The notes: generated by a model not told the origin, from the sequence alone. DNA of 64,000 bases from Minisyncoccota bacterium (GCA_041666225.1 JBAYHJ010000003.1:17116-81115), one strand, 5' to 3'; shown: positions 20,277-30,531, counted from the first letter of the stretch. Translations and numbers: made by a program.

Positions 20277-23200
20277 CTATTTTACCAAATTTACGATAAA
20301 TACCAAGCTATCAATTTTTATTTCTTGACCATTGTTTTCTTTAATTTTTATTTCTCTCACGTTAACTGTTTTTAAAAATTCATCCTTAAATTGATTTATC
20401 AATTCCTGACCTTCAACACTTGTTTCAATAACCAATGTGATAATATCATTTGGATTTAATCCATTCTTTTTTCTTATATCTTGTATGGCACGAACAAGCT
20501 CACGATAATTCCCTTCTTGTTTGAGTTCTTCGGTTAAATTTAGATCGAGTTCTACTTTCTTTTCATCACCCTTATCATACTTCAAATTTTTAACATTAAG
20601 TTCGTCTTTAATTATTTCTTCGTATTCAGTTGGTAATTCGTAATTCGTAATTATTAATTCTCTTAGTGGTTGCCTAACTGGAATTCCAGATTTTTGACGA
20701 GCTTGCAAGCCAAGAGAAACAATCTCTCTTGCTTTTTTCATTTCATCAATAACTTTTGTATTAATATTATCTATTGTAATATCTAAAAAGAAATCAGTCA
20801 GATGAACACTTATTGGATCAGATGAAAATCTAATTTTCTTCCAAATTTCTTCCGCAATAAAAGGCATAAAAGGTGCAAAAAGTTGAACCGTTACTTTTAA
20901 AACAAAATATAAAGTATGCTTTGCGTCTTCATTGCCATCTTTTAATCGATCACGGGAACGGCGTAAATACCAGGTTGAAAGGTCTTCAATAAATACCTCA
21001 AAAGGTTTCGTTGCTTGTGCCAAATCATATGCCTCCATACCATTTTTGACCTCAAGAACAAACTGTGATGTCCGAGCAATTATCCATTGATCGAGAACAT
21101 TTTTTGAAACTTCATATGATTGATCTTCAGTGTTTTGATTTCTATATAATTCATAGAAAGAGACAACATTATCAAACCTATTAATTATTTTACTAGATAC
21201 TTCTTGGACGAGTTTTTCAGAGAAATTTACATCTTCCCCCTTCATCAAAGTACTAGCCATCAGATAGAACCTGAGAGCGTCAACTCCGTACTTATCAAAT
21301 AAAAGCCAAGGATCTGGGAAATTATTTTTAGACTTGGACATCTTGCTTCCATCTTCTGCAAGGACTGTCCCTGTAGTTACAACATTTTCAAATGGAGCCT
21401 TCCCAAACAATATAGTAGAAATAGTGTGAGTATAGTAGAACCAAGTTCTCGTCTGGGCAATATATTCTGCTACAAATCCTGCTGGAAAATTATCTTTCTG
21501 CCAATCTGGATTCTCAAATGGATAGTGATCCTGTGCAAAAGGCATTGATCCTGACTCAAACCAACAATCTATAACTTCTGGAATTCTTTTGTATTCTTCA
21601 CCCTTTTCATCAATAAGTACTATTGAGTCAATATATGGGCGGTGCAAATCAAGCTCATAATCTTTATTATGAGGAAGAACTACAAAGTTTAATTCTCTTA
21701 TCTCGGCATTCTTCAAGTATGGAGGAAAATTTTCATCAGTAGGAAGTGTCTCGTAAGAGAAGCCTTGTACTACATGGCAAAGTGCACTAGTCTCCCCTGC
21801 ATGACCTATAAGGAGAATATTCTTACCGGAATATTGGCTATCTATTTCATAAATCATTTTCCCTACTCGATTAATAACTTGCGAATAACTCTCTCCGTTT
21901 GGCATCGCTTCAAATGGATGCTCCTTGTACTGATTACAATAAAATTCTTCGAAAGCTTCTCGCGACTTTCCTTCGTAATCCGAACTTACATCCCATTCTT
22001 TCTCAAGGTCGTTATAGATAATTTTATCCAGTGGATAGCCAATCTGCTCACAAAGAATTTTCGTAGTTTCTTTGGTTCTCTCTAAAGGAGATGCTATAAC
22101 TACGTCAACTTTCTCTTTGAAATTTTTTGCACTTTCTGTCACTTGCTCTACCCCAACTTTCGTAAGTTTACAATTATTGGATTCTTCATCTTCCATCACA
22201 ATCTCACTAACGTTGCATTCTGCTTGCCCATGACGCATGACCCAATACTTATTCCCTGACTTTTTAACTTTTGACTTTAAATCTTCAAGAGAATTCACTA
22301 CCATTATCTTACCACTTTCTGATTTCCAAATAGGAAGCGGGCTCGCCCAATAACGATTGCGGGAGATAGTCCAATCAGGAGCACTCTCCATAGTATTCTT
22401 GAAACGTCCCTCTTTTAAATGTTCAGGAATCCAATTCATATCTTCACCTTTTTTCAGTAGACTATCTTTAACTTTTTGTATATTTATAAACCAAGATGGT
22501 AGTGCATAATACAGAAGAGGTGTCTCACAACGATAACAGTGCGGATATGAGTGAATGATTTTCTCTTTTGCAAAGAGAGCTCCAGTGTGTGCCAGATATT
22601 TAATAATTAGAACATCTGTAGACTGCGGATCTTCCTTTGGTTTCACTTTTACATTTGGAAAGTCAGTTACCTCTTTTGAAAAATCTCCGTTGGGCTCCAC
22701 ATGACGAATAAATGGGATATCGTGCTCTTTTGCCAAGCCCATATCATCTTCACCAAAAGCTGGCGCTTCATGAGCAATCCCTGTCCCCTTATCTACTGTC
22801 ACAAAATCTGCATGCCAAACTTTCCAAATATTAGGATTTTTAGCTACTTCTTCATTTTTATAATATGGGAATACTGGCTCATAAGAAAGACCTACTAAAT
22901 CTTCCCCTTTTACTTCTTTTATTATTTCTCCATTATCAAATTTACTCTGTAAATTTTCATACAAATCTTTCGCTACTACATATACCTCTTCGCCTTTTTC
23001 TGTAATATTTTTTACTAAAATATAAAGCAATTCTTTATTTATAGCTATTGCAGTATCCCCTGGTAATGTCCAAGGAGTTGTAGTCCAAGCAAGTAAATAT
23101 GTATCTTTATATTTTTCATCTAAAATTTTAAATTTAACATATACAGAAATATCAGTAATATCCTTATAACTATTATCCATAGCAATTTCAGAATTTGCTA

Positions 23201-23762
23201 TTGGGGTCTCACAGCGTGGACAATAAGCAAGAACTCTTACTCCTTCGTAAAGTAATTCTTTTTTATTCATCTCACCCAATGCCCACCAGACACTTTCTAT
23301 GAAAGTGTTGTCCATAGTTTTATAAGAATTATCAAAATCCACCCAGCGACCCATACGATCTACTGTTTTCTTCCATTCATTTACATATGTTAGAACTTTA
23401 CTACGAGCATGCTCGGTAAATTTATCAATACCTAGAGCCTCAATAGCCTTCTTTCCAGAAATACCCAAATCTTTCTCTACAATATTCTCAATTGGCAATC
23501 CATGGCAATCCCAACCCCAACGACGAGGAACATTGTACCCACTCATAGTTTTGTATCTACCTATCACATCCTTTACTGTACTTCCAAGTATATGCCCATA
23601 ATGAGGAAGTCCTGATGCAAAAGGTGGCCCATCATAAAATACATACTTTCCCTTCGGTGCATCTTTCTCCAAACTCTTCTCGAAAATTTTATTTTCTTTC
23701 CAGAATTTTAAAACTTCTTCTTCTCGAAGCGCACTATTTGTTTTTTGATTTTTGTCCTCCAT
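20277..23762 (-). CDS. ileS: Isoleucine--tRNA ligase (type 2) with inserted histidine-phosphatase domain
   Basis: DGPPFASGLPHYGH, WTTTPWTLP, ISRNRYW, KMSKS; RHG domain inside; upstream Ile T-box. Confidence 0.93.
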   Translation of the reverse strand: MEDKNQKTNSALREEEVLKFWKENKIFEKSLEKDAPKGKYVFYDGPPFASGLPHYGHILGSTVKDVIGRYKTMSGYNVPRRWGWDCHGLPIENIVEKDLGISGKKAIEALGIDKFTEHARSKVLTYVNEWKKTVDRMGRWVDFDNSYKTMDNTFIESVWWALGEMNKKELLYEGVRVLAYCPRCETPIANSEIAMDNSYKDITDISVYVKFKILDEKYKDTYLLAWTTTPWTLPGDTAIAINKELLYILVKNITEKGEEVYVVAKDLYENLQSKFDNGEIIKEVKGEDLVGLSYEPVFPYYKNEEVAKNPNIWKVWHADFVTVDKGTGIAHEAPAFGEDDMGLAKEHDIPFIRHVEPNGDFSKEVTDFPNVKVKPKEDPQSTDVLIIKYLAHTGALFAKEKIIHSYPHCYRCETPLLYYALPSWFINIQKVKDSLLKKGEDMNWIPEHLKEGRFKNTMESAPDWTISRNRYWASPLPIWKSESGKIMVVNSLEDLKSKVKKSGNKYWVMRHGQAECNVSEIVMEDEESNNCKLTKVGVEQVTESAKNFKEKVDVVIASPLERTKETTKILCEQIGYPLDKIIYNDLEKEWDVSSDYEGKSREAFEEFYCNQYKEHPFEAMPNGESYSQVINRVGKMIYEIDSQYSGKNILLIGHAGETSALCHVVQGFSYETLPTDENFPPYLKNAEIRELNFVVLPHNKDYELDLHRPYIDSIVLIDEKGEEYKRIPEVIDCWFESGSMPFAQDHYPFENPDWQKDNFPAGFVAEYIAQTRTWFYYTHTISTILFGKAPFENVVTTGTVLAEDGSKMSKSKNNFPDPWLLFDKYGVDALRFYLMASTLMKGEDVNFSEKLVQEVSSKIINRFDNVVSFYELYRNQNTEDQSYEVSKNVLDQWIIARTSQFVLEVKNGMEAYDLAQATKPFEVFIEDLSTWYLRRSRDRLKDGNEDAKHTLYFVLKVTVQLFAPFMPFIAEEIWKKIRFSSDPISVHLTDFFLDITIDNINTKVIDEMKKAREIVSLGLQARQKSGIPVRQPLRELIITNYELPTEYEEIIKDELNVKNLKYDKGDEKKVELDLNLTEELKQEGNYRELVRAIQDIRKKNGLNPNDIITLVIETSVEGQELINQFKDEFLKTVNVREIKIKENNGQEIKIDSLVFIVNLVK

Positions 23763-23774
23763 AATTTTACTAAA

Positions 23775-23861
23775 CGAAACAAATTATTTTATGAAAAAAT
23801 GTCTGGCTCCTTGTCCTCCCTCATCCGAGGACTTTTTTCAGAATATAATTTGTGTAGCTTT
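23775..23861 (-). repeat. Dispersed structured element, copy 1 (ileS leader)
   Basis: Shares both ends and GGCTCCTYGTCCTC core with 44205-44314. Confidence 0.7.
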
Positions 23862-23880
23862 TTTGTTTAATTTATAAATA

Positions 23881-24052
23881 AAAAACTCGTCCCCGTACAA
23901 CAATTATAATAATTGCTATACAAGGACGAGTTTCTCTCGTGGTACCACCTTGATTACTTCTCATTTAATAGGGTTCTACTCATTTATATGGTCCCGCCAA
24001 TAGCGTGATAAACTTTCTTCCCAATGCTCTAGGGTGATAACCCTTTCACTGC
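23881..24052 (-). promoter_or_regulatory. T-box riboswitch (Ile) with terminator
   Basis: Minus strand AAGGTGGTACCACG...CTCGTCCTT antiterminator, GGACGAGTTTTT terminator, ATC in apical loop at 24036-24038. Confidence 0.85.
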
Positions 24053-24093
24053 ATATATATTAAGAATACTATAAAATCACAAAATTGCAAGAT

Positions 24094-25792
24094 TCAACAC
24101 ACTTCCTGCTGATAACATTTTTCACAATATATAATTTCTGATCGGTCTGGGGCATAACTCGTCTCAAATTCGTTAGTACAACCTTCTTTCATACAGGATC
24201 TGTACCAGAGCTTCATAGGATTAAGTTTTTTTGTTCTTGATATATGCCTACAATGAAAACATCTTCTAGGAATTGGAATATTCATCTTCTTATAAAAAGT
24301 TAGTTCACTAGCTACAATCTTATAATTTCTTCCACATTCTATGCAACCAAGTATTTCATCTAATATACTATCACCAATTTCATTTATAGAATCTGGAATA
24401 TTTTTATAAAATAGAGTTTCTTTATCTGATGTTTTCTGAATATTATCCTGCCACCCATATCCTTTTTCTATTGCTTCTTCTTTATTTAAAGGATAATTAT
24501 TTATCGCAATTGTTTCATTGTATCCAAAAGGTGAAATTTCTGAAGGAAAAAATTCACCATATTTATATATAACTCCATTTTTATCAACATATGGCATATC
24601 ATTCATGTGTTCTATAATTTTTGGTAATAATTCTTCATATTCTTTTTTTGTATATTGTTTATTTAAAATAGAATAACTATCATTACGGAGAGCATCACAC
24701 CCAAAAATATGTTTACAATTATGACAATGTTGAGTATATCTTATATCCTGACTCTTCACAGAAAATAAACCAAAAAAGTTTAATTGGGAATGATCTACAA
24801 CTTCCCCTTCATAACACTCAGAAAGTTCTCCTGACATCGTTAAATCATAAGAATCTTTCTGGATACCACCAAAATCAGAATATTTACAATTTTCACATTT
24901 CTTTAATACAAAAGATTTTTTAGTGTTTTTAGAATAAGAAATAATATCCCCTGAGCAATCTAATGTCTGTTTAAACCAAGCAAAACGACGAGGGTAATTT
25001 AAAATAAATTCACTATACTCATTTTTAGTTTTCTCTACACTAGAAAATGTATCTAGTTTATACTTTCCTAAAATCTTTTCATATTCTTCTTTTGTATACT
25101 GTTCATTTTTAAAACAATATTTTTTGTTTCGTAGACCACAACACATAAAACAATTGGAGCAATCCTTACAATCATATAAGAATTGTGAATCTATACACGC
25201 TCTACTAAATTCTGAATATTTAAGTCTATATCCATGAGTACAGTTGATGCATTCATATACAAACTCAGTTTCTGCAAAATTTAATAAACAATCTACAATT
25301 TCTTTTCCAGCATTAATAAAATAACCATACATGACATTCTCAATATGCCACCCAGAAAAAACCATATAGCAATTTTTTGAAAACCAAACATCATGAGTAT
25401 ATTCGCAATTCATGCTAGCAATACCATCATCATTTACGAGAGCCATGTGTGGAATTCTTTTCATTAAATCTTGGAATTGAATAAAGAACGGTTTACTAAA
25501 ATCATAATCAACCCCATATTTTTGGATCCCATTTATCACTCCACCAGCACTTATTACAATAAATAGTAATACCAGATTCAAATGAATATAAAGAAATAAC
25601 AGATTTATCACACAAATCGCACTTTCTTGTATAAAGAGACATAACATTTCTCCATGTATGTCTTCTTTGACGTCTACATTCCGGACAAAAAGTAGGAGGT
25701 GGAACTTTCATTTTTTCATAAAAACCAAAATCATCAGATTCAATTATGAAGTCTTTTTTACAGTTCTGACAATTTTTTGTTTGTGATTTCAT
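24094..25792 (-). pseudogene. Frameshifted Cys-rich multi-zinc-ribbon protein (CPR-type)
   Basis: ORF 25508-25792 (CQNC..CPEC..WWSDKWDP) continues in another frame as YGVDYDFSKPFF..YCEKCYQQE; break at A5 run 25519-25523. Confidence 0.75.
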
Positions 25793-25797
25793 AAAAA

Positions 25798-26316
25798 TTA
25801 AAACATTCTACTTATTTTTTCTGCAATGTCTTCTGAACTTTCTAAGTCTGTTCTAAAAGCTATAGCCTTAAGATTTTTTTCTTTATTAAAAATTTCATAA
25901 AGTTCCTTGAATCTATCAACTGATAAATTTGATATTTTTCTATCTTCCTTTGGCACTTTTAAAGCACTCTCTACTCTTTCATTAAATCTTTTTAATAAAA
26001 CTTCAAAATCTGCCTCTAAATTAATTTCAACAACCTCATAGTTCTCTTGCTTGGCTAAATCAATTAACTTTTGTCTAAATTCTCTCGTAAGAGATGAATC
26101 TGAAATAATATTATATTTCATACTAAAAGTTTCTTTAGCCACAGCCAGTACAATTTTCTGCACATCTTTATAATACTTATCTGATTTATATTTAGAAAAA
26201 GACCATTTTAAATAATCATAGGATAAATGGAATAAATTCTCATTATTTTTCATTAATATTTTAATAACAGAACTTTTTCCTGAGCAAGAACTCCCATTTA
26301 AAATTATTATTTTCAT
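25798..26316 (-). CDS. P-loop kinase (AAA_33/CPT-like)
   Basis: IIILNGSSCSGKSS Walker A. Confidence 0.75.
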   Translation of the reverse strand: MKIIILNGSSCSGKSSVIKILMKNNENLFHLSYDYLKWSFSKYKSDKYYKDVQKIVLAVAKETFSMKYNIISDSSLTREFRQKLIDLAKQENYEVVEINLEADFEVLLKRFNERVESALKVPKEDRKISNLSVDRFKELYEIFNKEKNLKAIAFRTDLESSEDIAEKISRMF

Positions 26317-26325
26317 ATTATTTTT

Positions 26326-26577
26326 TTATTTATTTTTAATCCAATATCTTTTCACAACAGGAATTGATTGTGTAGAAATAATAAACCCAAGTACTGGTAT
26401 TAAAGCACTTAAATATGATTTTGAAAATCCCATACTAAATAAAACAAAAAAGGCAATAATATAAGTAATAATACTTATAGATAAAATTCGAACAAAACTC
26501 GTCTCCCAAGCTTTATCGAGCTCTACTCTTTTATTCCTTTCTTCTATCTTATTTAATCTTTCTTCTATTGTTTCCAT
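26326..26577 (-). CDS. Small conserved membrane protein
   Basis: RNKRVELDKAWETS followed by two TMs. Confidence 0.65.
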   Translation of the reverse strand: METIEERLNKIEERNKRVELDKAWETSFVRILSISIITYIIAFFVLFSMGFSKSYLSALIPVLGFIISTQSIPVVKRYWIKNK

Positions 26578-26615
26578 AATTCTTAATTCGTAATTATTAA
26601 TTCTTAATTACTTTC

Positions 26616-28355
26616 CTACATCCTATCTGGTACCTCTATACCCAATAGCCAGAGACCGTTCTTCATAGTTTGTACAAATGCTTTTATAAGATTCAAATGA
26701 TAAGCCATATATTTGTTTTCATCCACAAGTATCTGAGTATTGCCATAGAAAGTATTAAAGCTACTTGCAAGTTCAGTGAGATAAGTTGCAATATGATGAG
26801 GCTCAAGCAAACTGTATGAACGCTCAACTACTTCAGGAAATTGATAAAGTAATTTTTCTAAATCTATAATATTTTCTGGAATCTCCCCATTGTCCAAGCC
26901 TTGCCTGGACATCTGAGATTTTGCAAGAATAGAATTTGCTCGAACAGCAGTGTATTGTAGATAAGGACCAGAGTCACCATCAAAAGAAATTGATTTCTCG
27001 AAATCATAAACAATATCACTACCAAGTGATGAGCGAAGAATAGAATATTTAAGTGCTGCTACTCCAACAATTTGAGATATTCTCTTTTTCTCTTCATTTG
27101 AAAGTTCTCGGTCTTTTACTTTCTCAAAAACAATATCCATTGAGTCTCGCAAAAGTGACTCACCCGTTATAACATTACCTTTTCGAGAAGACATTTTACC
27201 TGTGGACAGTCTCATCATCCCATGGGTAATATGCTTCATTCTACTTTCTAGATCTGGATGCATTAGGGAAATCGCTTTCTGAACAACTTTCATATATTCA
27301 GCTTGCTCTATTGCTGTCGTGACAATAGAAATATCAGGATTTTCTTTTTCAAACTTGGTAGTTGTTAGACCTATTTCTTTCGTTTCATAAGTAGGCAAGC
27401 CCTGAGAATTTATAAAAACACGAGTGTGAAGTTTCTTATCATAGTTCTCACCATGGAAAATAATTGCTCTATCTGATTCTTCAAATATTTTCCCAACATT
27501 CTCTCTTACAATTTTCTCTCCAATTGGAGCCATGACACTTTCGAAGAAGTAATAATCAAATTTTGTTCCTAAAAGTTTATATATTTCTTCAAATGCTTCA
27601 AGTGTAGCTTTTCTTCCCCAATCATAATATTCTTTTATTTTTTCATCACATTCACCACTTTTATTTATATAATTATAAATTTGTTTATTAATACTTTCTA
27701 TCTCTTTTTTTGCCTCATCATTTATCTCATATTCATTATTACCTTGTGCATAACTATCACCAATAGCTAATGAAAGAGCCAAATAAGATAATCCATTATC
27801 AGTAGTAGGATATCCTAATTTAATCAAATGATATATAGCCTTTGCAACATGAGGACCTACATCCCCTTGATAATTTGCTCGAATAGTTTTTGCCCCAGAG
27901 AATTCTACAATTCTAGAAACTGACTCACCTATGGCGTTAGCCATTAAGTGACCGATATGGAAAGGCTTGAAAGGATTCGGATCCGTGTACTCCACCATAA
28001 CTTTTTTCCCTTCAAGTATTTTATTCTTTCCCCACTTGTCTCCTTTATCTAAAATTTCACTTACACTCTCTGTGAAAAATTCTCGTGACAAATAAAAATT
28101 AATAAATCCAGCTCCTGCAGTCTCTATCTTTTCAATATCACCGAAGCCTTGCTTCGGTAAACCTTTTAATTCTAAGGCCATTTTTTCTGCTAATTCACGA
28201 GGGTTTGTTTTTTGTTGTTTTGCACAAACCATTGCCACATTTGTAGAATAATCTCCATTTTTAAAATCTTCAGGATGTTCAACGGAAAAAGAAACATCTT
28301 CTATTCCAAGATTTTTTAAAGCTTCATTTATTAATTTTTCTATTTGTTCTTTCAT
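26616..28355 (-). CDS. argS: Arginine--tRNA ligase
   Basis: GDYSTN, PNPFKPFHIGH, KMSSRKGN, GPYLQY. Confidence 0.96.
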   Translation of the reverse strand: MKEQIEKLINEALKNLGIEDVSFSVEHPEDFKNGDYSTNVAMVCAKQQKTNPRELAEKMALELKGLPKQGFGDIEKIETAGAGFINFYLSREFFTESVSEILDKGDKWGKNKILEGKKVMVEYTDPNPFKPFHIGHLMANAIGESVSRIVEFSGAKTIRANYQGDVGPHVAKAIYHLIKLGYPTTDNGLSYLALSLAIGDSYAQGNNEYEINDEAKKEIESINKQIYNYINKSGECDEKIKEYYDWGRKATLEAFEEIYKLLGTKFDYYFFESVMAPIGEKIVRENVGKIFEESDRAIIFHGENYDKKLHTRVFINSQGLPTYETKEIGLTTTKFEKENPDISIVTTAIEQAEYMKVVQKAISLMHPDLESRMKHITHGMMRLSTGKMSSRKGNVITGESLLRDSMDIVFEKVKDRELSNEEKKRISQIVGVAALKYSILRSSLGSDIVYDFEKSISFDGDSGPYLQYTAVRANSILAKSQMSRQGLDNGEIPENIIDLEKLLYQFPEVVERSYSLLEPHHIATYLTELASSFNTFYGNTQILVDENKYMAYHLNLIKAFVQTMKNGLWLLGIEVPDRM

Positions 28356-28777
28356 TATTTTCTTCCAGTCGAGCCAAAACCTCCCATTCCACGAGATGAA
28401 TCACTAAGAGTATCAGTTTCCTCAATTTCTGCAATCACAACTGGAACTATCACTAATTGAGAAACTTTATCACCCTCTTCTACAGTATATGGTTCACTTC
28501 CCAAATTTACAAGGTGGGTATTGTATTCCCCTCTGTACCCTGCATCAAATACTCCACCCATATGAATAAGTCCTGCTTTTGAAATACTTGATTTGTCCAT
28601 TATAATTCCTGCATTCCCTTCTGGAAATTCCATAGCAAAACCATGGAAAAATCTATAATGTTCCATTGGTTTTATAGTTACAGTTTCCATAGCATACATA
28701 TCCATACCAACATCTCCAGGGTGAGCGTAGTTTGGTAATTTTGCATTCTCCTTTAATTTTTTAATCTTTATTTTCAT
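28355..28777 (-). CDS. dut: dUTP diphosphatase
   Basis: GMDM, GVFDAGYRGE, SRGMGGFGSTG. Confidence 0.93.
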   Translation of the reverse strand: MKIKIKKLKENAKLPNYAHPGDVGMDMYAMETVTIKPMEHYRFFHGFAMEFPEGNAGIIMDKSSISKAGLIHMGGVFDAGYRGEYNTHLVNLGSEPYTVEEGDKVSQLVIVPVVIAEIEETDTLSDSSRGMGGFGSTGRK

Positions 28778-29252
28778 TGTATTTAAATAATTTTATAAGT
28801 TCTTTAAAATTTTTAAAAAATATTTCTGGTTTTTCTTCAAGTAATTCTTCTAATTCATTTTTTGAAAACCATTTTATATCTTCAACTTCTTCATCTTGTT
28901 TTACAAAGTTATAATCATGATCAACAACAGCAGTGTATAATTTAGCAAAACAACTATAGACACGGGCCTTATTAACAGCATTAAAATTTATATTAACTAA
29001 TCCTATTTCTTCCTCAGCTTCTTTTATGATATTTGATTCATAAGTCTCTCCTTCTTCTACCGTTCCTCCAACCGCCGGACCCCACAATCCTGGGTCATGT
29101 TTTTTACTAAAAGCTCTTTGGGCTAAAAGAATATTACCATCCTTGTCTGTTACCCAGAGCCCTGTTGCACGAACTATATCTTGAGAATCCCTATTTCCCC
29201 TATCTTTGTATCCTATTATTTCATCTTTGTCATTTACAATTGGAATTCTCAT
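28761..29252 (-). CDS. NUDIX hydrolase (IDI/YfcD-like)
   Basis: GGTVEEGETYESNIIKEAEEEIG Nudix box. Confidence 0.88.
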   Translation of the reverse strand: MRIPIVNDKDEIIGYKDRGNRDSQDIVRATGLWVTDKDGNILLAQRAFSKKHDPGLWGPAVGGTVEEGETYESNIIKEAEEEIGLVNINFNAVNKARVYSCFAKLYTAVVDHDYNFVKQDEEVEDIKWFSKNELEELLEEKPEIFFKNFKELIKLFKYNENKD

Positions 29253-29950
29253 TTTAATATTTTTTTAACCTCTTTATAAACCATATCATGCACATCTTCG
29301 CGTGATAAAATTTTTCCTTTTTGAGAACATTCAATTTTAATAAAATTAGGATTTTCTTTTACCAAATTAAGAGCACTTTTTCTTGAATTAACTAAAAATT
29401 CCATATCATTTTCATAAACATCTTTTTTCTTTTTCAAATACTCTCTTTTCATCTTACTACTATCCCTTTCTTTTAAAAGATCTAGGACAATTTTAATTGG
29501 TAAACTCAAATACAAAGTAATGTCTGGTTTTGGAATACCAAAAACTTCATATTCCATTTGGTTTAACCATTTCATAAAATCTGCTCTTTTCTTGGCACTT
29601 TTAATTTTTCCACCTTGGTGAATTTGATTTGCCGATACATAACGATTTGCAATAACCACGTATCCCTTTGAAAGCCATTCTTTCATCTCAACACTAGACT
29701 CCCATCTATCTGCAGCAAAAAGTACTGAAGTAATTTTTGGGTGAACACCTAGAAAATTATAATATTGCTCAGAAAGACAGTGCCCAATAAATTTTCCAAA
29801 GAAATTTTTATAATACTCAGGAAAATCAACAACTTTTACTTTGTGACCATCTTTTTTCAAATGCTCAGTTAAGTAAGCCACTTGAGTCGCCTTCCCACTT
29901 CCATCTGTCCCATCTATAACAATCAACTTCCCTTTATATTTTTGTTTCAT
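29249..29950 (-). CDS. tmk: Thymidylate kinase
   Basis: IDGTDGSGKATQ, LFAADR, NRYVSAN, PDITLYL. Confidence 0.9.
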   Translation of the reverse strand: MKQKYKGKLIVIDGTDGSGKATQVAYLTEHLKKDGHKVKVVDFPEYYKNFFGKFIGHCLSEQYYNFLGVHPKITSVLFAADRWESSVEMKEWLSKGYVVIANRYVSANQIHQGGKIKSAKKRADFMKWLNQMEYEVFGIPKPDITLYLSLPIKIVLDLLKERDSSKMKREYLKKKKDVYENDMEFLVNSRKSALNLVKENPNFIKIECSQKGKILSREDVHDMVYKEVKKILK

Positions 29951-29984
29951 ATTATCTTAAATTATATCATCAAATTATAAAACG

Positions 29985-30032
29985 ATGAAATCTATACAAA
30001 CTCTGCCATGGCAGAGTTTGTATAGATTTCAT
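29985..30032. repeat. 48-bp perfect palindrome, core TCTGCCATGGCAGA
   Basis: ATGAAATCTATACAAACTCTGCCA|TGGCAGAGTTTGTATAGATTTCAT. Confidence 0.95.
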
Positions 30033-30054
30033 TTTTAATATATAATATATTCAT

Positions 30055-30531
30055 ATGTCTATAGTAAGTGAAATATTAGAAGAATTATGGAATAAAGAAC
30101 TTAATTATAAGGGAGTTAGAGTAAATATATTCGGTATTCCTCGTTTAAAAAGATATAAAAAGGAAAGTATTTATATAACCATTAGTAGATTAAAGAAAAA
30201 GGGCATTGTAGAAAAAGAATTATCTGGTATAGTACTTTCCAAATACGGGAAGGAGTATGTTAAGAAAAAGATTGATTCATTAAAACAATTTGATAGGCCT
30301 GAGAATTTATCTAAAGAAAAAAATCTTCTATTGATGTTTGATATACCAACACATAGAAAACCAGAGCGAGAATGGCTCAGGTGGCACCTAAAAAAATTCG
30401 GTTATATTATGATTCAAAAAAGTGCTTGGGTTGGCCCATCTCCTCTCCCCAAAGAATTCAAGGATTATATAAAAGAAATTAAATTGGAAAAATGTATTAA
30501 AACTTTTAAGCTCGAAAAATCTTACAAATAA
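30055..30531 (+). CDS. wHTH + PaaX-central/Cas2-like domain protein
   Basis: ISRLKKKGIVE..LSKYG winged helix; LLMFDIP..REWLRWHLKKFGYIMIQKSAWV ferredoxin-like PaaX/Cas2 signature. Confidence 0.75.
   Translation: MSIVSEILEELWNKELNYKGVRVNIFGIPRLKRYKKESIYITISRLKKKGIVEKELSGIVLSKYGKEYVKKKIDSLKQFDRPENLSKEKNLLLMFDIPTHRKPEREWLRWHLKKFGYIMIQKSAWVGPSPLPKEFKDYIKEIKLEKCIKTFKLEKSYK

Noticed and set aside
21358-21373. GCAAGGACTGTCCCTG resembling the REP-like palindrome
   Set aside because: Encodes conserved IleRS TGTVLA before KMSKS; likely coincidence.
30055-30531. CRISPR-Cas locus based on the Cas2-like motif
   Set aside because: No cas1, other cas genes or repeat-spacer array in the window; the N-terminal wHTH fits PaaX-like proteins.
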